Assembly (NCBI GenBank): GCA_964007735.1
Contig: CAXGAI010000037.1
Span: 1 to 46,665 of the forward strand
Direction: 5' to 3'
DNA from: an uncultured Rhodopirellula sp.
GTDB lineage: Bacteria; Planctomycetota; Planctomycetia; Pirellulales; Pirellulaceae
DNA length: 46,665 nucleotides
Shown one piece after another: positions 19,043 through 29,800 of this stretch. How positions within the stretch are numbered: the first letter of the stretch is position 1; each line of letters opens with the position of its first letter. The position numbers and the translations under genes are program-made. The notes under the pieces are model-generated. The model was not told where the DNA came from. It saw nothing but the letters and a program-made list of their open reading frames with translations, and ran no database searches.

Positions 19043-21415
19043 TTAATGCCGAAAGACAAATTCCTTTGCGTTTAGTAGTGCCCAGGTAAGGTCCTGAACA
19101 TTTTTGAGTCGCTGCTGCGTACGAATCGTAAGATCTAATGGAGCCACCTCCGCTCGATCTTTTCGACGTCCTTTGCTTACCACGGCGGAAGCTGTTGATA
19201 ATCCTTCGGCATGTGCCAGATAATTGGTAGCGAACACAAGTTCTGCGTGACTCGGCGCCCTACTCAAAGTTCTCCAGTATACCAACTCCACTAACTCAGC
19301 ATCTGATACTTCAGATTCAGCTAATTGTCGTACCCGGCTTTCATTCTCATTCATACGCTCGCCAATTCCCTTATCACTCACAAGGAAAAATACTTGATTC
19401 AGTGTCGTTTCATTGGAACGCTCACATTCACAGGCCATCATACGGTCTGGTTTTCCAAACGTGGCTAGAAATAAGTCGCCGGACGAGGGCGCCTCCTGCC
19501 TCCATCTAATCTTACGGACACCAGGAATCTGTCCGGCACGAATACCAAGCTCATAACCATTGAACCTGGCTGGCAGACCGATCGCCTGATTCTGAGCATC
19601 TAGCAGTACTTCCGCATCAAGTCGCTTCACAATGGCTCGTGAGAAGTTCTGCTGATCGTTCACATTAGTCGCATTCGGTTGTGAACTTAACTGGTACGTT
19701 GAGGAAATCATAATTTGCCGCACCAGAGCCCGAACATCGAATCCCGAATCGACAAACGCTTGAGAAAGTGCATTTAACAGGGCGGGATTTACTGGTGGGT
19801 TCGTAACTCGCAAATCATCCACGGGCTCAACAAGACCACGTCCCATTACGTGGTACCAAATTCGATTCACCTGACTTCTTACGAACCACTGATTCTCTGC
19901 TGAAGTCACCCATCGCGCCAGAGAATTCAAACGATCTTTCTCCTCGGCTTCGGTCTGAGTCGCGTCCCCCAAAAACCGTGGGGATGCCGGAGCCTTCGTA
20001 CGAGCATTCGTGTACTCTTCTTTGAATGCATATTTCACAATCTGCTCTCCAATAAACTCATTTTTATCAAATTTATCGGACCGTTTATTATCACCAACCT
20101 CTTCATAATGTATTCCACTAAAGAGCGTGGCCCAATCATAATAATCATCTTGAGTCCATCGATCGAAAGGGTGATTGTGGCACTTAGCGCATTGAAGCCT
20201 GATACCCAAAAACGTTCGTGCCGTGGTCTCCGCTCGAACATCCGGAGTTCTATTGGCGCGCCAGTAATTAGCGGTTGGCACTTCATATGTACTGCCGGTA
20301 GCAACAATTAACTCACGAACAAATTGATCCAGAGGCTTTCTCTGCTCAAATGAATTGCGAATCCAGCGGTGATATACGTCGACACCCGTACTGTCTAAAA
20401 CCTTCTCTTCGTTACGTAGCAAATCTGACCAGATCAGTGCCCAGCGATCACTGAATTCCGGCCGTTCAAGCAAACTGTCAATTAATATCGCTCGTTTATT
20501 CGAACTGATATCATCTACAAATGCTCTCGCTTCTTCCCCGGTGGGAAGCAAACCCAGAGCATCCAGAAATGCTCGACGAACAAACTCTGAATCATCGGTT
20601 CGTTCCGCTGGCTGAATTCCCAGCTTTCTGAGTTTCGCAAATACGAATTCGTCCACGTAATTAACAGCTTCTGGAAAACGAATGCGTTTACGACTGGTTC
20701 GCGGTACAAATGCAATTCGGATGGCGAGCTGATTATTCAAAAAACGAACCCCAATAGTTGATTCACCATCCTTCAGCCGGTGGACCAGTCCTCCCGCTGA
20801 CACTTCCGCAACCAGATTAGAGGGTTCATAAACAGCCAGAGATGTCACATCGGCTGTTGAGCCATCAGAAAAACGAGCCATAACCCGGAGTTGTATCGAA
20901 TCTCTTGGCGCTCGAACAACACTGTCTTCCGGCAACACAACCAAATTGGTTAACTTTACTTCGTTCTCGTCGGGGCCCGGTGCTCCGGCTTGCAGCCAAC
21001 GACTAAGAATTGAATACTCTAAGGAATCGGTGCGAAAGCGTGTTCCGCCTTGATGGGAAACAGCACTTGTAGGCTTCAGCAAAATCAAACTTTGAGCCGG
21101 CTCCATCAAATTGAGCCTCCGACGGCTATACTCTTTCATCAACCACTGGTAATCATCATGTGGACTCTGGCCGCGTAACGATAACCTGAAGCCACCCTTG
21201 CCATTTAGATTGCCGTGGCAGGCGCCCATATTACAACCGGCCTTTGCCAACACCGCTTCCACTTCGATATCAAAACGCACCTGTGGAAAGAGATTTTTGG
21301 ATTGCTGAGCCTGCAGGCTCTGGAGCACATAAGGACTGATCAAGACTACCAGCAATAGTCGTCCGGCATGCAGTTTCCATGCATGAATGTTATATATTGG
21401 CGAACAACGTTGCAC
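19043..21415 (-). CDS. DUF1549/DUF1553 protein with Ig-like (Big_2-type) domain
   Basis: GCNMGACHG...GKGGFRLSLRG, QLRVMARFSDGSTADVT, CAKCHNHPFDRWTQDDYY, ACECER and WALLNAKEFVFRH. Confidence 0.9.
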   Translation of the reverse strand: MQRCSPIYNIHAWKLHAGRLLLVVLISPYVLQSLQAQQSKNLFPQVRFDIEVEAVLAKAGCNMGACHGNLNGKGGFRLSLRGQSPHDDYQWLMKEYSRRRLNLMEPAQSLILLKPTSAVSHQGGTRFRTDSLEYSILSRWLQAGAPGPDENEVKLTNLVVLPEDSVVRAPRDSIQLRVMARFSDGSTADVTSLAVYEPSNLVAEVSAGGLVHRLKDGESTIGVRFLNNQLAIRIAFVPRTSRKRIRFPEAVNYVDEFVFAKLRKLGIQPAERTDDSEFVRRAFLDALGLLPTGEEARAFVDDISSNKRAILIDSLLERPEFSDRWALIWSDLLRNEEKVLDSTGVDVYHRWIRNSFEQRKPLDQFVRELIVATGSTYEVPTANYWRANRTPDVRAETTARTFLGIRLQCAKCHNHPFDRWTQDDYYDWATLFSGIHYEEVGDNKRSDKFDKNEFIGEQIVKYAFKEEYTNARTKAPASPRFLGDATQTEAEEKDRLNSLARWVTSAENQWFVRSQVNRIWYHVMGRGLVEPVDDLRVTNPPVNPALLNALSQAFVDSGFDVRALVRQIMISSTYQLSSQPNATNVNDQQNFSRAIVKRLDAEVLLDAQNQAIGLPARFNGYELGIRAGQIPGVRKIRWRQEAPSSGDLFLATFGKPDRMMACECERSNETTLNQVFFLVSDKGIGERMNENESRVRQLAESEVSDAELVELVYWRTLSRAPSHAELVFATNYLAHAEGLSTASAVVSKGRRKDRAEVAPLDLTIRTQQRLKNVQDLTWALLNAKEFVFRH

Positions 21416-21465
21416 CGTTGAGATTCCTTGGCAACTCAGCGTAAGAGGTGAATCAATACTACTAT

Positions 21466-22806
21466 CTATACTAATTCATCGAGCGGCTTCGTGCCGGATG
21501 GAATCAGGTATTGAGGACGCCCGCGGAAGTCAAATAAACGATCTGAATTCAGATTAATACCCATATTTCGATAGAGCGTTGCATAGACCTCTTCGAACAG
21601 AACCGGGCGTTCAATCGCTTCCCCTGCCTGACGGTCAGTCTGCCCAATCACCTGACCAGTCTTCATTCCCCCACATGCCAGCAAGGCACTCGAAACTCGA
21701 GGCCAGTGATCACGCCCTGCATTTTTATTAATCTTCGGTGTCCGGCCAAACTCTCCCCAGGCAACGACCGACACGTCATCTGCCATACCTCTTTGGTGAA
21801 GATCTTCAACCAATGCGGTGATACCCTGATCGAAAATCGGAAGCTCTTCTTTACCTGTCTTAAAATTACTGCCATGCCAGTCCCAGAAGCTGTAATTAAC
21901 CGTCACAACTCGAACTCCAGCTTCCACTAGGCGTCGGGCTAATAACAGGTTTTGTGGGACACGAGGAGCGCCATCCCCTTTCGGTTGATTGGGATTAGCA
22001 TATCCATAGCGTTCACGTGTCTCGGCCGATTCTTCACTAACATCTAAAGCCTTGAACAAGTCTGACGATGTCAGGATCCCCATTGCACGTTGTGAAAAGG
22101 AATCCATCCCTTCCATCTGCCCTGAGTTATCCCAATTACGACGAAATCCATCAACCGATGCTAGTAAAGCTTTGCGATCACCCAGCCGATCCGTGGTGAT
22201 ATCTTTCAGAACGAGATCATCTTTACCTGGTCCACTGGGGCGGAAGCTACTATGTCCCAGACCAAGAAATCCCGCCTTCGGTTCATTGTAAGGTTTGTGC
22301 TTCGTTGTATAACAAAGGCTAACAAACGGGGGAACTCCATCATGGACAGGCCCCTGAAATCTGGAGACCACACTACCGATGTGAGGCCAGCCGCCCGCCG
22401 GTTCATTATTTGTGATGTTGCCGGTGAAACACTGGAAACCTGTGTGTCCGCCCTGACAATTTGCCATCGTTCTAATCGGAACGAACTTGTCCATCATCGC
22501 TGCCATCTTCGGCATATGCTCGCAAATTTCAATTCCCGGCACGTTCGTTTTGATAGGCGAGAATTCACCGCGCACTTCGGAAGGAGCATCCGGCTTCAAG
22601 TCATACATATCCTGATGAGGAGGTCCGCCACACATATATACCATGATGACGGCTTTGTGCGAATTGGAGACGCCAGTGGCAGCTTCTGCATGCAATAGCT
22701 GAGGAAGCGTCAAGCTTCCCAAAGCACCAATCTGGAGGAAGGTGCGGCGGTTATGACCATCACAAAACTTGCTGCCCGCTGCCGGGCGATCGAATATTTT
22801 TAGCAC
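21466..22806 (-). CDS. DUF1501 family protein, Tat signal
   Basis: [39 protein letters not shown] and GEFGRTPKINKNAGRDHWP. Confidence 0.92.
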   Translation of the reverse strand: MLKIFDRPAAGSKFCDGHNRRTFLQIGALGSLTLPQLLHAEAATGVSNSHKAVIMVYMCGGPPHQDMYDLKPDAPSEVRGEFSPIKTNVPGIEICEHMPKMAAMMDKFVPIRTMANCQGGHTGFQCFTGNITNNEPAGGWPHIGSVVSRFQGPVHDGVPPFVSLCYTTKHKPYNEPKAGFLGLGHSSFRPSGPGKDDLVLKDITTDRLGDRKALLASVDGFRRNWDNSGQMEGMDSFSQRAMGILTSSDLFKALDVSEESAETRERYGYANPNQPKGDGAPRVPQNLLLARRLVEAGVRVVTVNYSFWDWHGSNFKTGKEELPIFDQGITALVEDLHQRGMADDVSVVAWGEFGRTPKINKNAGRDHWPRVSSALLACGGMKTGQVIGQTDRQAGEAIERPVLFEEVYATLYRNMGINLNSDRLFDFRGRPQYLIPSGTKPLDELV

Positions 22807-22885
22807 CTGTCAAACTCCTTTTGACAACGAAAGTAGCTGTCAGACAATTCATGTTTGATTGAATTCTGTATCGCTTTGCTGGTAT

Positions 22886-24250
22886 TTATAGCAATTCGCG
22901 AATTGGCTCGACACCTGCGTTCACCGGGGAATAAGGACGACCGCGAAGATCGAATTCCCGAGTAGCTCGAAGGTTAACTCCAATTTGGTTGTATAACGTG
23001 GCAGCAACTTCCTGGAAGTTGACCGGACGATCAACTGCATATTCACCCAGACGGTTCGTTTGCCCAATAACCTGACCATGGTTCATTCCACCACCAGCCA
23101 AAACAGCGGTACTAACTCGAGGCCAGTGATCGCGCCCCGCATTCTTATTTATTTTTGGCGTCCGGCCAAACTCACCCCAGACCACCACGGAGACATCTCG
23201 ATCAAGTCCCCGATCATGCAGGTCCTGAACAAGTGCTGCCAATGCACCATCTAGCATGGGCATGTCCTGACGAGCACGATCAAAATTACCGCCGTGCCAA
23301 TCCCAACGACTGAAGTTCAATGATACAACACGAGCACCAGCCTCCACTAAACGTCGAGCTATTAAGAAATTCTCTGTCATTTTCGGAGCGCCGTCTGCGC
23401 GGAATTCCGCATCCCCTTTACCGTATCTTTCGAGAGTCTCCGGAGACTCATCTGAAATATCCATCGCATCTACCAGTTCCGAAGAAGTCAGAATTCCGAC
23501 AGCTTGCTGAGTGAAAGCATCCATCCCATCCATCGCACCGGTCAGATCCACTTCTCGTTTGATACGATCAACGGATGCGAGTAGCGCGTTACGATCCTGC
23601 AGGCGATCCAACGAAATACCTTTGAGAACCATATTGTCTGTTTTGCTTGTTTCCCCTTTTCCACCAACCAAGCGAAAAGGTCCATGAGCCATACCTAGAA
23701 AGCCACCGTTTCCAGGATCTCCCCAAGGATTGTGGCTTGTCTTGTAAAACATGCTAACGTGAGCCGGAATACTTGGATTTACCTGCCCTTGAACTTTGGA
23801 AACCCAGGCACCGATAGAGGGCCAACCACCTGTTGGCTCATTACCCGGGGCAAAGCCAGTCATCGCCTGAAATGACGCATGTCCACCAGCAGCTCCTACA
23901 ATCGAACGGATGACAGTGAACTTATCCATCATCTTTGCCATCTTAGGAAACAATTCACCAATCTGAATGCCTGAGACATTGGTCGATATTGGCTGAAATT
24001 CACCACGAATTTCAGAAGGAGCATCCTGTTTAATATCCCACATATCCTGATGCGGGGGCCCACCGGGAAGGAATACGTTAATGATTGCCTTATGCTGTCG
24101 TCCCAAGCTTTGCTGAGCTTCAGCTCGCAGTAGCTGAGGTAATGTAATACCACCTACGGCAGCAGCGGATCCAATGGTTAAGAAGTCACGACGACTGTAT
24201 CCATCACAGAACTTTTCGCTTTTCGAGCGGCGTCCAAATATCGTAAGCAT
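22886..24250 (-). CDS. DUF1501 family protein, Tat signal
   Basis: FCDGYSRRDFL, GGPPHQDMWDIK, LIARRLVEAGA, WDWH and GEFGRTPKINKNAGRDHWP. Confidence 0.92.
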   Translation of the reverse strand: MLTIFGRRSKSEKFCDGYSRRDFLTIGSAAAVGGITLPQLLRAEAQQSLGRQHKAIINVFLPGGPPHQDMWDIKQDAPSEIRGEFQPISTNVSGIQIGELFPKMAKMMDKFTVIRSIVGAAGGHASFQAMTGFAPGNEPTGGWPSIGAWVSKVQGQVNPSIPAHVSMFYKTSHNPWGDPGNGGFLGMAHGPFRLVGGKGETSKTDNMVLKGISLDRLQDRNALLASVDRIKREVDLTGAMDGMDAFTQQAVGILTSSELVDAMDISDESPETLERYGKGDAEFRADGAPKMTENFLIARRLVEAGARVVSLNFSRWDWHGGNFDRARQDMPMLDGALAALVQDLHDRGLDRDVSVVVWGEFGRTPKINKNAGRDHWPRVSTAVLAGGGMNHGQVIGQTNRLGEYAVDRPVNFQEVAATLYNQIGVNLRATREFDLRGRPYSPVNAGVEPIRELL

Positions 24251-24465
24251 AGCTGTATTCCTTTATCTGTTTTCTACCTACTAATATTATCACATATCGA
24301 CGTACGCCCCAATAAATGTTTCTTTCAGTGAATCCCCCCAACATGGTGGATTTACCTGTTTTTTAAGTGTTATTTACCTGAGGTCGAGGAAGGGCGCCAA
24401 CCATTTCAGCCATTTTCAGGCAATCTGGAATTCCATCGCATGGCTATCGAATAAAAAAGAATGAA

Positions 24466-25488
24466 CTATTGGAGCCAGTCATTCGCCAGATACCATTGAT
24501 AAGTCTGCTCGAGACGGGATTGGAGACGGATTGGAAATTCATAGTTGAGATCATTAATCACATTTTCAACCGAACACTCCCACGATTCCGATTGAGCTTC
24601 ACGGATTTTGTCGAGGTTGAATGAAATAGGACGGCCAGATAGTCGAGCGACTGCTTCTACAGCCACTCCCAGTAACCAAGTCAATGGACTTGGAACCGTT
24701 GCCTGCCTTGCGCCACGCTTACCAATCACCTGCTTGAGTATCGCCCCTAAGCGAGCGTAGCTTGGTGCTTCATCACAGACTCCGAAATAAACTCCATCCC
24801 CTGAAACTGCCTGTAGATTATCGTCGACGGTTATCCGCTGACCTCGCTCCGCAACACGAACTAACAACTCGCATAAATCATCCACATGGATTAATGACAC
24901 TCGTGGCGAGGCTGGCCCCAACACCACATGTGATCCCATTTGTGCCATCGACTGAAAGACGGGGAACATCTCTTTGTTACGTTCGCCAAAAACCATTCCC
25001 GGCCGGACGATCGAAGTGGGGACTCGATTTGCAAACAACAACGCAGCGCATTCACCAGCTCGTTTACTAAGTCCATAATTAGAAATAGGTCGCGGAGCAT
25101 CATACTCCATCCGCACCTGATTTCGGGCAACCGGGCCGGAAGCCGCAATAGAGGAAACGACGACATGCACCGGTGGAATTTCTTGATTAGCGCAGGCTTC
25201 TGCCAAAAAATAAGTACCGTCACGGTTCACCTTCAATAACTCTTCCAAGGCGAAAGCGGTGGTACGACCGGCCAAATGAACAACCACATCAACATCTCTG
25301 ACTGCCTCGTTTAACAAGTCGCGATCGTGCAAACCAACTTTGGCAAATTCCACTCCCAATGGATCAAGTAACGAAGTATCTGAGGTTTCTCTGATCAAAC
25401 AGCGCACCTCAACACCTCGGTCAACCAATCTTTCCGCCAGGTGACCGCCAATAAAGCCCGTCGCTCCAGTGATTAAATAACGACTCAT
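24466..25488 (-). CDS. Extended SDR / NAD-dependent epimerase-dehydratase (candidate ceramide reductase, CerR-like)
   Basis: TGATGFIG Rossmann motif, VSS, and the YGLSK catalytic YxxxK. It starts 21 nt after the GNAT gene. The family call is firm; the CerR role is inferred from context. Confidence 0.85.
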   Translation of the reverse strand: MSRYLITGATGFIGGHLAERLVDRGVEVRCLIRETSDTSLLDPLGVEFAKVGLHDRDLLNEAVRDVDVVVHLAGRTTAFALEELLKVNRDGTYFLAEACANQEIPPVHVVVSSIAASGPVARNQVRMEYDAPRPISNYGLSKRAGECAALLFANRVPTSIVRPGMVFGERNKEMFPVFQSMAQMGSHVVLGPASPRVSLIHVDDLCELLVRVAERGQRITVDDNLQAVSGDGVYFGVCDEAPSYARLGAILKQVIGKRGARQATVPSPLTWLLGVAVEAVARLSGRPISFNLDKIREAQSESWECSVENVINDLNYEFPIRLQSRLEQTYQWYLANDWLQ

Positions 25489-25509
25489 CTATCCAGTTTC
25501 CGAGCTCTC

Positions 25510-26631
25510 TTAAAACGCTTTGTCATAAACTCGATAAGTCTTATCAACCGTACAGCCAGCTCGGGCCAGAGACTTGTAAGACAAGTGGTTGCTTTCGAGC
25601 ACCCAGGAAATTTCGAGATGATCTACGGTCCATTTTTTCCACAAATCTTTCAATCGCGAGACAAGCACAACCCCTAGTCCCCATTTTTGATATTCCGGTA
25701 ATACATTGGCACTGATCAACCGCATCTTTGTGATCTTCCGGCGTTTGGTAAATAACTTGTAGCCAAACGGAAAGAGCTTGCCACCGATTTCCTTAATCAC
25801 TTCGTTGTAATCCAGCAGCACAACACTGGCGCCAATGACTTTTCCGTCTGCTTCAATAAACGTCGTCAACTCGGGTACGATCAACAATTTGAGACCCTTG
25901 GCAATGTGTTCCAGTTCCGCGTCGCTCATCGGAACAAATCCCCAGGTCCCCACAAGGGACTTATTATAAATATCCAAAAACGTTCTTACATCTTCCTTGA
26001 AACGCTTTCTGTCTAACGTTCGCAGCTTGAGATTGAACTTCTCTTTGGCAATATCCACAATTCGGAACATCTTCGGGTCCAGCCGATCAACGATATCTGT
26101 AGGAGCATAAAATGCCACCATATCCTCGACTTTGCGCAATCCGTATTGCTCGAGCAGATCAGCATAGTAGGGCGGATTATAGGTCATCATGAAGCAAGGG
26201 GGACTGTGCCAACCATCAATCAGCAATCCCACTTCATAATTCAGTCCCGGATTGACCGGACCGCGCATCGCCGTCATACCACGCTCAGCAAGCCATGTAC
26301 GAGCTTTCTCGAACAAAGCGTTTGCCACATCCTGATCATCAATGGCCTCAAATAAGCCAAAGAAGCCCAACCCTTCGTCATAACGTTCGTTATGTCCGTG
26401 GTTTACAATAGCCTGAATGCGACCGACAACTTTACCGTCCCGTAACGCGATGAAGGTTTGCGTATCATTGATCTCATGGAACGGATGTTTAGAAAAACCT
26501 GCTCGTTCCTTTAAATCGATCAGCAGCGGCGGGCACCACATATGATCGCCGGCATAAATCTCATTTGCCAGACGAATAAACTGCTTTTGCTCTCGCCGTG
26601 TTTCAACTGGTTTGACAGTAATGGTCGACAT
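25510..26631 (-). CDS. YghO-like tandem GNAT acyltransferase (candidate bacterial ceramide synthase, bCerS-like)
   Basis: WCPPL...HPF, VVGRIQAI, GFFGLFE, RGPVNPGLNYEVGLLIDG, MMTYNPPYY, VLPEYQKWGLG (acyl-donor loop) and SWVLESN. Confidence 0.8.
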   Translation of the reverse strand: MSTITVKPVETRREQKQFIRLANEIYAGDHMWCPPLLIDLKERAGFSKHPFHEINDTQTFIALRDGKVVGRIQAIVNHGHNERYDEGLGFFGLFEAIDDQDVANALFEKARTWLAERGMTAMRGPVNPGLNYEVGLLIDGWHSPPCFMMTYNPPYYADLLEQYGLRKVEDMVAFYAPTDIVDRLDPKMFRIVDIAKEKFNLKLRTLDRKRFKEDVRTFLDIYNKSLVGTWGFVPMSDAELEHIAKGLKLLIVPELTTFIEADGKVIGASVVLLDYNEVIKEIGGKLFPFGYKLFTKRRKITKMRLISANVLPEYQKWGLGVVLVSRLKDLWKKWTVDHLEISWVLESNHLSYKSLARAGCTVDKTYRVYDKAF

Positions 26632-26844
26632 AAAAAGGCCTTCTACCGCAAGGTAATCGTTGCTTAATCCTCTAATTGTGCGAGCGCGCTACTGGACAGG
26701 TCGAGAGTTTTTTCACCAGAGAGATAAGGATGGCGGTTTGTAAGCGGTATGATCGTCAGAACCAGCAAAATATGGTTCGATGAACAGCAATTTAGTAAGT
26801 TCGATCAACCGGATCCTAAACGGAACATCGGCGCGCAGACGCGT

Positions 26845-29800
26845 CTACTCTTCGTATTTATGACCTTTATCATGGCGAATAATACGTTCCAGATTCGACT
26901 CATTCGCGAGATGATCATGAGGACCTCCGATCGCAATGCGTTCATCACCAACCAATTCAACTGCTGCGGTTAACTCCAATGTATTCTTGCTCCTACTCTC
27001 TTTCGAAGAGAAGTATTTCCCCAGCGGACTACTTAAAATGGCCGGCAGAAACAATAAGTCGCCAAGTAAAGCGGCGGCTAACAAGGTTAGCATTAACACG
27101 CCAAATCGCTGTGTCGGCGTGAAGGAACTTAAGGCAAATACACTCAGTCCTAATCCGCCAATCAGTGTCGTCTGCGTCATCGCCGCACCACATCGTTGAT
27201 AAGCCAACATCAAGGCTCCTCGACGAGCGAGCCCTTTATTGAGGCCTTTACGAAACCACGTCAGGAAATGGATGGTATCATCAACCGCCACACCCATGGC
27301 AACGCTCGCGGTCATCATCGAGCCGATATCAAGAGCCGCGCCAATGTGACCCATCAAGCCGAACACGAGGATGACTGGAAAGACGTTCGGAATCATCGAT
27401 ACCATTCCACCACGAATATTAGCGAAATTGGTTGGGCTCAATCTACCGTTTCGCATCATGACCATCATCACAATCGCGATCATCACAAAAGCTAAGCCAA
27501 TACTTTGAATCAAACTATTTAGTAATTCGTTCTGAGCTTTATAAACAATAGGTACCACGCCGGTGTAAACAATATCAAACCCAACTTCGGTATTCTCAGA
27601 AGACGCCAAAACGTCCCCGATGCCATCCAGTCCGGCCTTGTGAAATCCGGTGATATCAATAAAATTCGCTGAATTCTCCGCGATCAGTTTCTTATCGAAA
27701 ACAGGGTCATCACCAACGGCGATTACATAATCATAAGCAGCCAGACGAGACTTCCATTGCTCTTCACTTAGCCCCGCTAACATCTGGGCAACCTGATCCT
27801 TCTCGGGATCCAGCCACCATAGCTGGTTCGGATGTCGCGGATGATTATAAAAACCTTTTACAAGTAAGAGCGAATTCAGTGTTTTCGAAAACAAACCGAC
27901 CGTATCCACCGATGCACTTGTTGATACGTTGGCCGAAGAACCAACCTTTCCTCCTTCGGAAACGCCCCCCGTTCGCAGAATGGGTCGAGTGGGGTCCGCG
28001 CCAATAATTAAAACTCTGTTCTTATCAAAGAATACGTTTTCAGGATTGTAAACATCCGGTCCCTGCCCTCGATCAACCTCAAATCGATGTAACAGGTAGT
28101 TACGAAATTGGTAAGCCATCTGAATTGGCTCAACAACGGTTTTCAAATTGGTGACAAATTCACCGTAATCAACATCATTTAATGCTCCTAAACGAAGACT
28201 GATGCGCCAAAGCTCATTCTTCACTTCTCCGCTCAGCATCTCATAAGCAAGATAATCCTCGTCCATAAGTTGTTGAGCACGCTGCTCTAAGACTGAATTA
28301 GTCGTGGAACGTGTGGTTCTCGACGAGGCCGGTGGTAATTCAGGAGCAAAGGTGACTGCCGACATACCCTGACCGATAACGTCCTGGCCTTGATCGCCGA
28401 AGACTTCTTCCACTGCCAACTGAATACTTTCAACCAACTCCACTCGTTCAAGCATCGTTAGTTGATACTTTTGGTGATTTCGTTCAGCGACGGTGGTGGG
28501 GGGATTATCAATTCGTTCCTGCCGCACAGGCAGAGCGGTTTCCGGGCCTACTTTGACAACCATCTCCATCGGAGTCAGTTTGCCAAAGTTTTGTTCCATC
28601 CATTCATAGTCGCGGATAATCTTAGCCTGACCGTCAAACAGCTTTAATAACTGCACCGACATGTTGACTTTGGTCAGGCCCCAGACGGAAAGCCCCAGAA
28701 CACAGAATCCGAGACAGATAACCAACTTGTAGTTATCCATCACTTTGCCACCGACAGCCATCCAAAACCGAGTCAACAAAGACTCTTCATTCACTTTCTT
28801 CTTCTTTGCTTTCGGTTTGTTAAACTTGGGCACCCACAACTTCAAAGCAGCAGGTAAGTAGGTAAATAAAAGTATTAACGTCGCCAGCACACCCAAACCT
28901 GAATAGAGACCAAAGTTTTTAATCGGTGTGAGATTACTGATATACAGCGAAAACAATCCAAGCGCGGTGGTGAACGAGGCGATTGTACATGGCCAGGCAC
29001 CGTGCGCTAACGCATTTTCACTGGCGCGAAGCTCCCCTTCTTCGAAAACGGCATCCCGATAGTAGTTCACGATGTGAACGGCACCCGAAATCCCGAGCAC
29101 GTAGACCAGAGAAGGCATCGACAACAGAACGGAATCAACAATGCCACCGGCATATCCAACAATCGCCATGCTCATAATGGCACCAACACCACCGACAAAG
29201 AAAACCATCAACGTCACGCTAAAGCTGCGAAAGCTTAAATACGACAACGCCACGCCCAGAATAACTGATAGTCCGACTAAACGGCCAAGAGTAATCTGAC
29301 CTTCCTCATCGATCGATGCATTATCAACAGGAGGCCCACCCATGCGGATGACTTTGCCTTCGAGTTTTGCTTCAGTAGCCCAGGGCGCCATCGATGGTTT
29401 AGGGGGCGCAATGACTCCGGATTCTTCTGCGAGTGCAACTAACTTCCCACGAGGTTCCTGACCAATTCCACGGCCAACGACTTTCTTTAGATTTGCTTCA
29501 CCGATATCACTCAGTGTCACGACGATACAAGTTTGGCGAGGCGGAGCCTCAACCTCAAGCTCTTCAAAGAATGCATACCAAAGCGATGCCCGCTGTGAGG
29601 CGGTAACTTGATTCAAAGCCTCCCGCTCGCCGGCAAATTGCTCTTCCACAATTCGAGTTACAAACGCGTCAAGCTTCGCTTCCCATCCCGGTGGAAACTC
29701 CGCCAGTTTCTCTGCACTTAACACCTCAACAAATGCCGGAGGTGTCCAGTCAAACCCCGGCAAAGTTACCGGTGCGAACAGAGTACCGGTCAACCGACTA

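Noticed and set aside
21466..24250. Recent tandem duplication or assembly artefact of the two adjacent DUF1501 genes
   Set aside because: Identity is limited to conserved motifs with many synonymous differences, consistent with old paralogy.
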